Assembly: GCA_965216465.1 (NCBI GenBank)
Contig: CBDCFW010000006.1
Location: 32,001-96,000 of the forward strand
Source: Bacteroidia bacterium
GTDB lineage: Bacteria; Bacteroidota; Bacteroidia; NS11-12g; UBA9320
Reading direction: 5' to 3'
DNA: 64,000 nucleotides
Position 1 is the stretch's first letter; each line of letters starts with the position of its first letter. Shown here piece by piece: positions 38,643 to 48,714 of the stretch. The position numbers and the translations under genes are program-made. The notes beneath the pieces are model-generated. The model made no database searches. It was not told the DNA's origin and saw only the letters and a program-made list of their open reading frames with translations.

Positions 38643-39374
38643 TCAATACTTCTCAATTGCTTCTTCAAAACTTATTTCAGGAAACAAATTACTCAACCTT
38701 GACCCAGGAGAGCACAGTAATATTTCCATGCCTTTAGATTTGTACTTTCGGCTGATATATTGCCAACCTTTGTAATGGTTTTGAGTTTGGGGTTTGGAAT
38801 ATTCTGTCCCTTTTCCGAAATAATCAGGTCGAAAATGATTCGGGTCACTATCTCCTTCAGATTTGTAAACGATTCTGCGGTCAACGCTATCTTCATTTAC
38901 TTCTACAGAAACTCCTTTTATATTATGCTCTTCATAATTACAATCTGTTCCAAGAATAATAATTCTCTTATACCCTAAGCTTTTCAAAATTGGGACAGCC
39001 GTTGCTCCAACGTTGGCAATCAACCCCATGTTTTTTATGGTTTTTCCCCACTTATATCCGCGCTCCCAAATCTTTCTGTTAAAGTTTATGAAATGAACTT
39101 GATCTAAATTATTACCAAAGTAGGATTTAAACTTTTTATCGAAATAGAACGACTTAATCTGCCCCTGCTTAATCAAGTCATTTACAGCATCCTTTGTATT
39201 GCTCATAACAACAGGGTCTGCAATCATAAAGTGTGTTGGATAGAACCCCCAATCTTCATACGCGATATAAGCCCTATTGAAAGATATTGTATTTTTATCC
39301 CTCAGTTTTTCTATATCTATCTTATTTAAACTTGGCCCATTTCCAATAAGATAGACTGTTTCACCACCGTGCAT
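38643..39374 (-). CDS. DUF115/MAF_flag10-like (Cst-II-type fold) putative CMP-ulosonate transferase
   Basis: IGNGPSL, FNR, LGY..I..LGTD and NHF..DY. Confidence 0.7.
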   Translation of the reverse strand: MHGGETVYLIGNGPSLNKIDIEKLRDKNTISFNRAYIAYEDWGFYPTHFMIADPVVMSNTKDAVNDLIKQGQIKSFYFDKKFKSYFGNNLDQVHFINFNRKIWERGYKWGKTIKNMGLIANVGATAVPILKSLGYKRIIILGTDCNYEEHNIKGVSVEVNEDSVDRRIVYKSEGDSDPNHFRPDYFGKGTEYSKPQTQNHYKGWQYISRKYKSKGMEILLCSPGSRLSNLFPEISFEEAIEKY

Positions 39375-39518
39375 CTATTTTTTTTTGGCACGAAAGTACT
39401 TCAATCTTACTAAACACAAACCCTTTAAACGGAATATTCAAACCATCACGTAAGGTAAATTGAAAGTTTAATTTAATTTATTCTTACCATTGCAATATAT
39501 TTTTATCACAAACAGAAA

Positions 39519-40223
39519 ATGAGCAGACTGATTACCTCTATTTCAGATATATTTTATAAATTTTTCTCGTCCTACTTTCGAAACCGTTTTTCAATGGATA
39601 TTGAAATTCAACTTCGAATGAATTCATTAGCGTCAACAGCAAAATACATCGAAAGCAATATGGTTGACGTCCCAATGTTTCAATCTAAAAAGGAAGTTCT
39701 TGACCTATCTCTCTCAAAAGTATCGTTAGATGGAATGTATTGCGAATTTGGAGTGTATAAAGGAAGTACAGCAAATCATATTGCCAGAGTGACAAAAAAG
39801 CCTATTCATGCTTTTGACTCATTTGAAGGGCTCCCTGAAGACTGGTCTATCCGTCACAAAAAGGGGCTGTTTGCCTTAAAAAATATGCCAACATTTGAAG
39901 ATAACGTTGTAGTTCACAAAGGTTGGTTCGATGATACTTTACCTGGCTTTGCTCAAGAAGAAAAAGGAGACTTGGCGTTTTTACATATAGATTCAGACCT
40001 TTATTCTTCAGCAAAAACAATCTTTCAATATCTTGGTGACAGAATTATCCCAGGAACTATTATCCTTTTTGACGAGTACTTCAATTATCCATTCTGGGAG
40101 CACCATGAATATAAAGCATTTGCTGAATTTGTAGCAGAAAACAACATTAAGTACGAATATCTTGGTTTTAATACTTTGACCTATGGATCAAATGCAGCTG
40201 TCAAGATTATCTCTAGAGATTAG
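39519..40223 (+). CDS. TylF/MycF/NovP-like class I SAM O-methyltransferase
   Basis: EFGVYKG, FDSFEGLP, GWFDDTL, HIDSDLYSS and FDEY. Confidence 0.88.
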   Translation: MSRLITSISDIFYKFFSSYFRNRFSMDIEIQLRMNSLASTAKYIESNMVDVPMFQSKKEVLDLSLSKVSLDGMYCEFGVYKGSTANHIARVTKKPIHAFDSFEGLPEDWSIRHKKGLFALKNMPTFEDNVVVHKGWFDDTLPGFAQEEKGDLAFLHIDSDLYSSAKTIFQYLGDRIIPGTIILFDEYFNYPFWEHHEYKAFAEFVAENNIKYEYLGFNTLTYGSNAAVKIISRD

Positions 40224-40379
40224 AAGAGTAATTCACAGGCTTCCTTTTCAAAATTTGGAACAACTCACTAAAGAAAATAGTGCATATTCAAGATGAAGCG
40301 TTAGCCTTTATTTCAATAAAAAAATCTAGACAAAGATTATTCATCTATTTTTGGCTGCGAAAATACTTTATCATTAAAT

Positions 40380-41294
40380 ATGGTTTTAAGCATTGTTATA
40401 TGCACATACAATCGAATTAGATTATTGCCTTTTTGCCTTGAAAGTATTCTCGATCAAGATTATAAGGGAAAAGACGTTGAGATCATTCTCGTTAATAACA
40501 ATTCTACTGATAATACTGCTGAATATTTCAAGGCTTTTCAAAATGACCACAGTGAGTTTTCTTTTCGCTATGTTGAAGAAACAAACCAAGGTTTATCCTT
40601 TGCTCGAAATAGAGGTATCAAAGAGTCTGAAGGCGAGTATGTTGCATTTGTTGATGACGATGCCATTTTGAGAAAAGACTACTTCCAGAACATCATAAAC
40701 TTTATTAAACAATATCCTGATTGTGATGCTTTTGGAGGAAAGATTCTGGTTCACTTCGAAGGCCAACCACCACGCTGGGAAAACAAGTTTATCAACTCGA
40801 TGTTTGGCTATTTTAACGTCGGTGATCAGCCATTCATCTTTGACAAAACAAATTACCCCAGAGGATCAAACATGATCTTCAAACAGTCGTTGATTGATCA
40901 AGTTGGAGACTTCAACACTAAGCTTGGTCGAGTTAAACGCGGCTTAGAAGGTAATGAAGAAAAAGACCTCTTTCAGCGCATTTATCAAGCAAACAAACAA
41001 GTAAGATACGACCCCAACTTAGTTGTAGAGCACATTGCACCAGTAGAACGAACAACCATTGCATTTGTTAGAAAACAAGCAAATGGTACGGGTTATTCTG
41101 AAAATGTGCGAACCAAAAACATAGGTATTGGTGCTTACATTAAAAAACTTGGCTTAGAATTATTGAAATGGGGTGCAACGTTTTTGCTGCTCATTTGGTT
41201 TTGTATAAAACTTCAACCTGCCAAGGGAATCATCTTGGTGAGATTCCGTTTTTGGATCACTTGTGGTATTCTCGGAATCAAATTCACCTCTTAA
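40380..41294 (+). CDS. GT2 glycosyltransferase
   Basis: SIVICTYNR, NNNSTD, GLSFARN, FVDDD and EE.DL. Confidence 0.92.
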   Translation: MVLSIVICTYNRIRLLPFCLESILDQDYKGKDVEIILVNNNSTDNTAEYFKAFQNDHSEFSFRYVEETNQGLSFARNRGIKESEGEYVAFVDDDAILRKDYFQNIINFIKQYPDCDAFGGKILVHFEGQPPRWENKFINSMFGYFNVGDQPFIFDKTNYPRGSNMIFKQSLIDQVGDFNTKLGRVKRGLEGNEEKDLFQRIYQANKQVRYDPNLVVEHIAPVERTTIAFVRKQANGTGYSENVRTKNIGIGAYIKKLGLELLKWGATFLLLIWFCIKLQPAKGIILVRFRFWITCGILGIKFTS

Positions 41295-41379
41295 ATTAGT
41301 TCAGACTATAATTTTTTTATTCGACATTATATAAAATATTTGTTGCTATTAGTTATTAAAGACACTCAAACAACTCAAT

Positions 41380-43860
41380 ATGAAAAACATTTTTAATAAG
41401 TATAAGATCTACATTATCCATATTCTGATTCTATCTGCTGTAGCTTATGCTTATGTGCCTGAAGTTCTTAGCGGGAAAACCATAATCCAATCGGATGTTG
41501 TGCAATACAAAGGCATGGCCACCGAAATATTGGATTACGAAAAAGCTGAAGGGCAAGGTCCGCTTTGGACCAATGCTCAGTTTGGAGGTATGCCCTCATA
41601 TCAAATAAGTATGGTAGGACATGACAATCCAGTTAGACAACTCATGAAGCCTTCATGGCACCACCCATATAATAAAATATTTATCGCCATGGTGTGTGCA
41701 TATATTATGTTCTTGGCATTTGGCGTCAAACCTTGGCTCTCGCTGATTGGAGCATTCGCTATTGCCTTCTCAACCAATAACCTTATAATTCTTGAAGCTG
41801 GGCATAACACCAAAATGCAAGCCATTGCCTATGCACCGTTGGTCATAGCCGGATTAAAATATTTGTTGAGAAAACGGTGGTTGCTTGGCATAAATCTTCT
41901 GGCTGTTGGAGCATCGCTCGAAATTGCATCTAATCACGTCCAAATTACCTACTATCTCGGGATTATCATAGTTCTGTGGATGCTAGCAGAATTGTATAAA
42001 GCCATTACCGCAGGTGAAATTATGACCTACCTCAAGGTTGTTGGAGTTGCAGGTGCAATTGCCATACTTGCATTAGCAATAAATTCCCAAAACATGATGT
42101 TGTCTCAGGAGTACGCTAAAACAACCATTCGTGGAAGCTCTGACCTGACGATTTCAAAAACTCAATCGGATGAATCGAAAGCAAAGGATGGACTCGATTA
42201 CGATTATGCATACCAATGGAGCAACGGATGGGCAGATGTTATGGCGTTGGTTATTCCAAATTATGCAGGTAGCGGAAGTAGCGTTGATCTAGGTTCAAGC
42301 TCGGTTTTTGCTAATCAGCTTCCAGAGAACTTTACCAAAAACTACCCTTTTGCATATTGGGGAAGCCTTCCATTTACAGCAGGTCCGGTTTACTTCGGAG
42401 CATCAATGTTCTTCCTATTTGTTCTCGGATTTATTTTTGCGAAAGGACCAATACGCTGGTGGATTCTTGTGGCTTTTGTACTTTCTGTCGCCATGTCGAT
42501 GGGGAAAAACCATTTTGTATGGTTGAATGATTTCCTTTTTAATCACCTGCCTTTATATAACAAGTTTAGGGCACCTACTATGGCACTGACCATCGCCCAA
42601 ATTTGTCTTCCAATTCTTGCCATTATCGGTTTATCAGAATTTTTCAATGCAGAAAAAACCAGTGCAGAAGTTGCTAAAAAGCTTAAAACCGCAGGAATTG
42701 CCGTTGGTGGCTTTTTAGTTATCTTAACTTTTATGAGTGGCATGTTCACTGATTTTGGACATTATATTCAAGATCCAGATACGGGTGAAATTGTTAAAGA
42801 CTACGATCAAGAAGTTTTTGAACAGTATAAAAACCAAGTGAACTTAGAGCCTGCAATGCAAGTTGAAGCTCGTAAAGATTTAATTCAAAGCGATGGCTTA
42901 CGGTCTATTTTCTTTGTTGGTGCAATCTTCTTATTGCTATTCTTCTATACGCGAGGAAAACTAGACAAGAAATATGCTATCATGGGAGTTGCTCTTATGA
43001 TTGTTATGGACCTTTGGATGGTTGATAAGCGCTTCTTGAATAACGATGATTTTGAAAGAAAACGTAAGGTTGAGAACTATGTTGCACCATCTCAGGTTGA
43101 CCTTGAGATTATGAAAGATAAATCGTACTACCGCGTTTTAGACTTGCAAGGAAACCCAATGACCAACGCAAGAACTTCATACTTCCATAAATCAATTGGT
43201 GGTTATCACGCAGCTAAATTGAGAAGATATCAAGAATTATATGATTGGCACATTCAAGATGCAATGGTTTCGAACGACTTGTTTGGAAGCAACGCATTAA
43301 ATATGCTGAACACCAAATACATCATAGGGCAAGGTGCTGATGGCCAAGTAAGCTTCCAGCAAAATCCAAATGCAATGGGCAATGTTTGGTTGGTTAACAA
43401 TGTGAACATTGTTGAGAATGCAGATAGTGCTATTTTAGGTCTTAAGAATATTGACCCAAGAACCACTGCTGTGGTTGAGTCTAAATATGAAGCCATGGTG
43501 ACCGCTGCAGGAAATGACTCTTCAGCCAGTATATCATTAACAGCTTACCATCCTGAGAAAATGACTTATAAGTCAAATAGCAATGCAGATGCTGTTGCTA
43601 TATTCTCTGAAATTTACTACCCCTTTGGGTGGAACGCATATATAGATGGAAATAAGACGGACCACTTCTGTGCGAATTATGTGCTAAGAGGACTGTCGAT
43701 TCCTAAAGGCGAGCATGAAATTGAATTTAGATTTGAACCTGAATCCTATAAAACCGGAAAAATGCTTATGATGGGTGGAAATGCTATTTTATATCTCATG
43801 TTAATTGGATCAATAGGCTTCTGGATTTACACTTCGATTAAGACCCAAAATGCTGAATAA
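41380..43860 (+). CDS. YfhO-family GT-C membrane glycosyltransferase
   Basis: More than 10 TM; W....FGGMP, NHVQITYY, GPVYFG, GGYHAAKL and SEIYYPFGW.A.IDG. Confidence 0.85.
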   Translation: MKNIFNKYKIYIIHILILSAVAYAYVPEVLSGKTIIQSDVVQYKGMATEILDYEKAEGQGPLWTNAQFGGMPSYQISMVGHDNPVRQLMKPSWHHPYNKIFIAMVCAYIMFLAFGVKPWLSLIGAFAIAFSTNNLIILEAGHNTKMQAIAYAPLVIAGLKYLLRKRWLLGINLLAVGASLEIASNHVQITYYLGIIIVLWMLAELYKAITAGEIMTYLKVVGVAGAIAILALAINSQNMMLSQEYAKTTIRGSSDLTISKTQSDESKAKDGLDYDYAYQWSNGWADVMALVIPNYAGSGSSVDLGSSSVFANQLPENFTKNYPFAYWGSLPFTAGPVYFGASMFFLFVLGFIFAKGPIRWWILVAFVLSVAMSMGKNHFVWLNDFLFNHLPLYNKFRAPTMALTIAQICLPILAIIGLSEFFNAEKTSAEVAKKLKTAGIAVGGFLVILTFMSGMFTDFGHYIQDPDTGEIVKDYDQEVFEQYKNQVNLEPAMQVEARKDLIQSDGLRSIFFVGAIFLLLFFYTRGKLDKKYAIMGVALMIVMDLWMVDKRFLNNDDFERKRKVENYVAPSQVDLEIMKDKSYYRVLDLQGNPMTNARTSYFHKSIGGYHAAKLRRYQELYDWHIQDAMVSNDLFGSNALNMLNTKYIIGQGADGQVSFQQNPNAMGNVWLVNNVNIVENADSAILGLKNIDPRTTAVVESKYEAMVTAAGNDSSASISLTAYHPEKMTYKSNSNADAVAIFSEIYYPFGWNAYIDGNKTDHFCANYVLRGLSIPKGEHEIEFRFEPESYKTGKMLMMGGNAILYLMLIGSIGFWIYTSIKTQNAE

Positions 43861-44485
43861 CTTCCAAAAGATATTAATTCTAGCACCGCATACTGATGAC
43901 GGTGAATTTGGTTGTGGTGCAAGCATTAACAAGTGGATTGAAGATGGCAAGGAAGTTTACTATGCTACATTTTCTGCTTGTAAGCAGTCTGTTTTGCCCC
44001 AGTTTCCTGAAGACATTTTAATCACTGAAGTAAAAGAGGCTACTTCAACTTTAGGGATTGATCCAGAAAATTTAATCTTGTTTGACTACGAAGTTCGAAC
44101 CTTCAATTATCACAGACAAGCTATTTTGGATGACCTAATTAAGCTCCGTGAAAAAATAAACCCCGACTTGGTTTTAATGCCTTCAAAAAATGATATTCAT
44201 CAAGACCACAAAACCATCTTTGATGAAGGACTAAGGGCGTTTAAATTTAAAAGCATTTTATGCTATGAAATGCCTTGGAACAACCTCAACTTTAATACTG
44301 CTTGTTTCAGTATACTAGAAGAAAAACACGTGAACAAAAAACTAGAAGCACTTAAAAAGTATGTCTCACAAAGCCATAGACCCTATTCGGACGAAAGCTT
44401 TATTAATGGGCTTGCTCGGGCTCGAGGCGTACAGATTAACAATCAGTTTGCTGAAGTTTTTGAAATTGTAAGGTGGCTGATCTAA
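43850..44485 (+). CDS. PIG-L/LmbE-family N-deacetylase
   Basis: APHTDDGE.G.G, D.HQDH and YE motifs. Confidence 0.9.
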   Translation: MLNNFQKILILAPHTDDGEFGCGASINKWIEDGKEVYYATFSACKQSVLPQFPEDILITEVKEATSTLGIDPENLILFDYEVRTFNYHRQAILDDLIKLREKINPDLVLMPSKNDIHQDHKTIFDEGLRAFKFKSILCYEMPWNNLNFNTACFSILEEKHVNKKLEALKKYVSQSHRPYSDESFINGLARARGVQINNQFAEVFEIVRWLI

Positions 44486-45495
44486 TTAAAATATTGCTTA
44501 CTGGAGGAGGAGCTCCCGGATGCTCCGGAATCATTAAAGGACTTCGTGAAAGAAGCGACCTTCATATAACCAGTTGCGATATGCAAAGTGAAGTTGTTGG
44601 AAAAGTCTTGGCCGATGATTTCTTTCAAGTACCAGGAGGAGATGATCCTGAATACATTGACTTTTTATTACAAGCTTGTGTAGCTAGAGACATTAATGTA
44701 GTCATTCCAATAACTACAAGAGAACTTTTGCCACTAAGCCGAAACAAACCCCGGTTTTCAGAGGTGGGTATCAAAATCATCGTTAGCCCTTGGACTGATT
44801 TGGAAATTGCGAATCACAAATGTGAGCTTTACCAACACTTAGAAAAAGCTAAAGTTCCTGTTCCTCAATATTTTATTGCCAAAACGGTAAGTGAATTTCA
44901 GCTTGCAGCTGCACAGCTTAATCACCCTTTTACATTTAAACCTTGCTTTGGAAATGGCAGTCGAGGCTTTCGAATAGTTGATGATCAGGCGAGCAGATCT
45001 AAGCTTCTATTCGACACGAAACCCGGACATAGTTATATCACCTACGATGAGGCCATCGATGTGCTTTCAGAGGCATCATTTCCACCCCTACTGGTATCTG
45101 AATTCTTGCCTGGAGATGAGTATTCTGTAGATTGTGTTCTCGATGCCAATTCAATTCCAAGAGTTATCATTCCACGAAAAAGAATAAAAATAAACAACGG
45201 AATTTCTGCCGAAGGACTAATTGAAAACAATGAGGAAATCATCAAGTATTGTAAAGAGATTCTCAAAACTATGCGACTCACTGGACCAATTGGAATTCAA
45301 GTAAAGATTAATAAAGATAACAAGCCGATGATTCTTGAAATTAATCCAAGATTGCAAGGTTCTTCATCGGCATGTATGGAAGCAGGTGTCAATGTTCCGC
45401 TAATTGCATTAAACCTCGCACTTCAGTCTACTTTTATTGCTCCCGAAATACAATGGGGCACTCATTTTTATCGACAATACAAAGATTACAGCTAG
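44473..45495 (+). CDS. ATP-grasp ligase (CarB-like single domain)
   Basis: KP..G.GSRG, EFLPGDEYSVD and LEINPR. Confidence 0.85.
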   Translation: MADLIKILLTGGGAPGCSGIIKGLRERSDLHITSCDMQSEVVGKVLADDFFQVPGGDDPEYIDFLLQACVARDINVVIPITTRELLPLSRNKPRFSEVGIKIIVSPWTDLEIANHKCELYQHLEKAKVPVPQYFIAKTVSEFQLAAAQLNHPFTFKPCFGNGSRGFRIVDDQASRSKLLFDTKPGHSYITYDEAIDVLSEASFPPLLVSEFLPGDEYSVDCVLDANSIPRVIIPRKRIKINNGISAEGLIENNEEIIKYCKEILKTMRLTGPIGIQVKINKDNKPMILEINPRLQGSSSACMEAGVNVPLIALNLALQSTFIAPEIQWGTHFYRQYKDYS

Positions 45496-45564
45496 AGTGA
45501 CTTTAAAAGTCAAATAATTAGCAGTCAATCCAAATTACCTGCTATTTTTGACCGTTGTAATTCG

Positions 45565-46677
45565 ATGCAGTTTAAGGAAGTACACGGATACGATGATCTA
45601 AAGCAAAAATTAGTTCAGAATCATAAGCTGAATAGAATTCCTCATGCCCAATTATTTATTGGTCCGGAAGGTTCTGGAAATTTGGGCTTAGCCTTGGCTT
45701 TAACTCAATTAATTTACTGCCAAAATCCTTCAGAAAATGACTCTTGTGGTATTTGCAGCTCTTGTGTAAAAATTGCAAAACTGACCCACCCTGATGTTCA
45801 TTTTACCTATCCTACAATTGGTGCACGTGAGGTTAGCTCTTCATTTATTACTGAATGGAGGGAAATGGTCGAAAATTCTAAGCACTTTAATGCAGTTGAT
45901 TGGACTTCGAAGATTGGAAAAGATGAAAACAAGACCCTAAACATCACGAAAGAAGAAACGCGTGACATCATTTCTAAACTTTCCCTTAAACCTTTTGAAG
46001 GAGATGCTAAGACTTTGATTATCTGGATGCCAGAATATCTAAACAAAGAAGGTAATGCATTACTTAAACTGATAGAGGAACCTCCTCAAAAAACCTACTT
46101 CATTCTTGTTGCCAATAATTTCGATAGTCTGTTAACTACAATTACGAGCAGAACTCAATTGGTGAAAGTTCCAGCATATTCTCAAGAAGAAGTGGTTTCG
46201 TATTTGAACGAAAAGTACCACCTAGACCATAACAAGTCTGAAAGCATTGCTTTTCTTGCAGAAGGTAGTATGAACAGTGCTATTGCACTCGTAGAAAGTG
46301 TTGAGAACAATTACGCTGAAATGTTCAGAAACTGGATGCTATCTTGCTACAAGAACAACTTGCTAGAAGTATCAAGCATTATGGATGACCTAGCTAAACT
46401 GGGCAGAACGCAGATTCAACTTTTTCTTCGAAACGGTCTAAAAATTTTAAGAGAGAGTTTACTTTACAAAAGCATCGATGATTACGACATTAAGTTCGAA
46501 GGTGAATACAAAGAATTCATCAAAAAATTTTCAAACACGCTTAATGCCAAGCACATAGAAAACAGCTACGAGCAGATAAATGAAACCATTTATCATATCC
46601 AACGAAATGCAAATGCAAAAATCTCGTTGTTTAATCTATCTTTGGCACTAAGACATAACTTTATAAGAAAAAGATAA
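45565..46677 (+). CDS. holB: DNA polymerase III delta' subunit
   Basis: HAQLFIG, C..CG.C.SC, HPD, NALLKLIEEP and TITSR; -7 box TATTTTTG at 45543-45550. Confidence 0.9.
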   Translation: MQFKEVHGYDDLKQKLVQNHKLNRIPHAQLFIGPEGSGNLGLALALTQLIYCQNPSENDSCGICSSCVKIAKLTHPDVHFTYPTIGAREVSSSFITEWREMVENSKHFNAVDWTSKIGKDENKTLNITKEETRDIISKLSLKPFEGDAKTLIIWMPEYLNKEGNALLKLIEEPPQKTYFILVANNFDSLLTTITSRTQLVKVPAYSQEEVVSYLNEKYHLDHNKSESIAFLAEGSMNSAIALVESVENNYAEMFRNWMLSCYKNNLLEVSSIMDDLAKLGRTQIQLFLRNGLKILRESLLYKSIDDYDIKFEGEYKEFIKKFSNTLNAKHIENSYEQINETIYHIQRNANAKISLFNLSLALRHNFIRKR

Positions 46678-46678
46678 T

Positions 46679-47995
46679 ATGGGATGCGGAAGTTGTGGCA
46701 AGAATAATGGAAGTCATAGTCCGGGTTGTAAAAGCAACGGCGGATGCAGCACAGGAAGCTGTAATAAATTGAATGTATACAACTGGCTAACCGACATGGT
46801 TTTGCCAGAAGATTATACTCCTTTTAACATTGTTGAAATTCGTTTTAAAGGAAGCAAAAAACAGTTTTACAAAAACGTAAACAATCTAGAACTCTTTACC
46901 GGAGACAAAGTAGTTGTTGACTCTGACATTGGTTATGATGTTGGTGAAGTATCTCTTAGCGGAGAACTTGTTAAACTTCAATTGAAAAAATATGGCGTTG
47001 AAGAAGACAATGCCGAAATGAGAACCATTAGAGGATTAGCCACTGAAGAACAGCTCGAAAAATACAAAGCTGTAAAAGATAAAGAACAAAAAACGCTCGA
47101 ATCTGCTAGAACAATTGCGTTGCGATTGAACTTAAAAATGAAGATCAGCGATATTGAATTTCAAGGCGACGGTAAAAAAGTTACTTTCTATTATACATCA
47201 GAAGGACGTGTTGACTTTAGAGAATTGATTCGACGTTATGCGTCTGAATTTAAAGCTAGAATTCAAATGCTTCAAGTTAGTTACCGTGAGGAAGCTTCGA
47301 GACTAGGAGGAATTGGTTCTTGTGGCCGAGAATTGTGCTGCAGCACCTGGCTTACTGACTATAAAGTAGTTAGCATGAGTGCACCTAAAACACAGAACTT
47401 ATCAATTAACATGCTCAAGCTTAGTGGCCAGTGCGGACGATTGAAGTGCTGCCTTAACTACGAGCTAGAATTGTACAGCGAGATGTTAACCGAGTTCCCT
47501 TCAGACAATGTAAAACTTAAGACTGAAGCAGGTATCGCATCGTTAAAGAAGATAGATATCCTTAAAAGAACAGCATGGTACTGCTACGATAAAAGTTTCG
47601 ATTGGATTCCATTAAACCTTGATCGTGTTCAAGAAATAATTGCGGCTAATAAAAAAGGAGAAACACCACCAACACTTAGCGACACTGCAAAAGGTGCCGA
47701 AATTGCACACAAGACTCTGGAATATAAAGATGAGCTTCTAGGGGATACAGACCTTACTCGAATGGACAAAAAGTCGAAAGGAAAAAGAAAGGGTCGAGGA
47801 CGAGGCAAGTTTCAAGGCAAAAGAGGTAAAGGTGGTCAACCGACAAAATCAGGTCAAAAACCTGGAGGCAACAAACCTGAAGGTGAAAACAAGCAAAACA
47901 AGCCGGAAGTAAATAAGAAGAGAAATAGAAACAACAATAGAAATAGGAAAAGAAATAACCCTAAACCAAAAAATGATGGTCCTAAAAAGGACTAG
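46679..47995 (+). CDS. ricT: PSP1/RicT (YaaT) family protein with a basic low-complexity tail
   Basis: RVDFRELI, GSCGRELCC and GQCGRLKCCL; adjacent to holB. Confidence 0.88.
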   Translation: MGCGSCGKNNGSHSPGCKSNGGCSTGSCNKLNVYNWLTDMVLPEDYTPFNIVEIRFKGSKKQFYKNVNNLELFTGDKVVVDSDIGYDVGEVSLSGELVKLQLKKYGVEEDNAEMRTIRGLATEEQLEKYKAVKDKEQKTLESARTIALRLNLKMKISDIEFQGDGKKVTFYYTSEGRVDFRELIRRYASEFKARIQMLQVSYREEASRLGGIGSCGRELCCSTWLTDYKVVSMSAPKTQNLSINMLKLSGQCGRLKCCLNYELELYSEMLTEFPSDNVKLKTEAGIASLKKIDILKRTAWYCYDKSFDWIPLNLDRVQEIIAANKKGETPPTLSDTAKGAEIAHKTLEYKDELLGDTDLTRMDKKSKGKRKGRGRGKFQGKRGKGGQPTKSGQKPGGNKPEGENKQNKPEVNKKRNRNNNRNRKRNNPKPKNDGPKKD

Positions 47996-47998
47996 GCC

Positions 47999-48604
47999 TT
48001 AAGGGTTCATTTTTATTCTATTCTTGATGGATCTTGCCAGCGACATCTCATCGGCATATTCCAGCTCCCCTCCTACTGAAATTCCTTTTGAAAGTGTAGA
48101 TACCTCTACGCCTATTTCACGTAGTTTTTTAGCAATATAATACTCTGTAGTATCTCCTTCTAAAGTTGCACTTAGAGCAATAATTGCTTCTTTTATGGTG
48201 CCATCAGAAGCTCGATTGAGCAATTGAGGAATTTTAATATCGTTCGGACCTACTCCATCTACAGGAGAAATCAATCCACCCAAAACATGATAATGGCCGT
48301 TGTACTGGCCCGTATTTTCGATGGCGATAACATCTTGGAAGTCTTTAACTACACATACTACACTCTCATCCTTAGAAGGAGATGCACAGACATTGCATAG
48401 TTCTCCATCACTCAAGTTGAAGCATTGCTTGCAGAACTTAATCTCGGTTCTCATCTTCAAAATGGCTTCACTAAGTGCAATCGTTTCAGATTCTGGTCGT
48501 TTAAGTAAAAATAATGCCATACGCAGTGCACTCTTTTGCCCTATTCCAGGAAATCGAGACAATTGTTCGACAGCTTTATTGATAAGATTTGAGGAAGTAC
48601 CCAT
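47999..48604 (-). CDS. recR: Recombination mediator RecR
   Basis: PGIGQKSA, C4 zinc finger, YHVLGG and EGDTT; -7 box TACATTTG at 48616-48623. Confidence 0.95.
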   Translation of the reverse strand: MGTSSNLINKAVEQLSRFPGIGQKSALRMALFLLKRPESETIALSEAILKMRTEIKFCKQCFNLSDGELCNVCASPSKDESVVCVVKDFQDVIAIENTGQYNGHYHVLGGLISPVDGVGPNDIKIPQLLNRASDGTIKEAIIALSATLEGDTTEYYIAKKLREIGVEVSTLSKGISVGGELEYADEMSLARSIKNRIKMNP

Positions 48605-48714
48605 GAATTATTAAACAAATGTATTAACTGATACTAAACTTACAACAATTTGAACATTGTTGTGTTTATTTGAACACAAACAAGTTAAGCTTGACAGAAT
48701 TATCTAAAATAAAC

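Noticed and set aside
39378-39386. T9 tract as a phase-variation switch or frameshifted N-terminus of the DUF115 gene
   Set aside because: An in-frame TAG directly precedes the ATG, so slippage cannot extend the ORF; such runs are common in AT-rich DNA.
39386-39400. TGGCACG resembling a sigma-54 -24 box upstream of the TylF-like gene (rpoN is in the window)
   Set aside because: The -12 position reads TACT, not TTGC; the conserved GC is missing.
47760-47995. K/R/N/G-rich low-complexity tail of RicT as a separate repeat element
   Set aside because: It is in frame and is a commonly seen disordered tail for this family.
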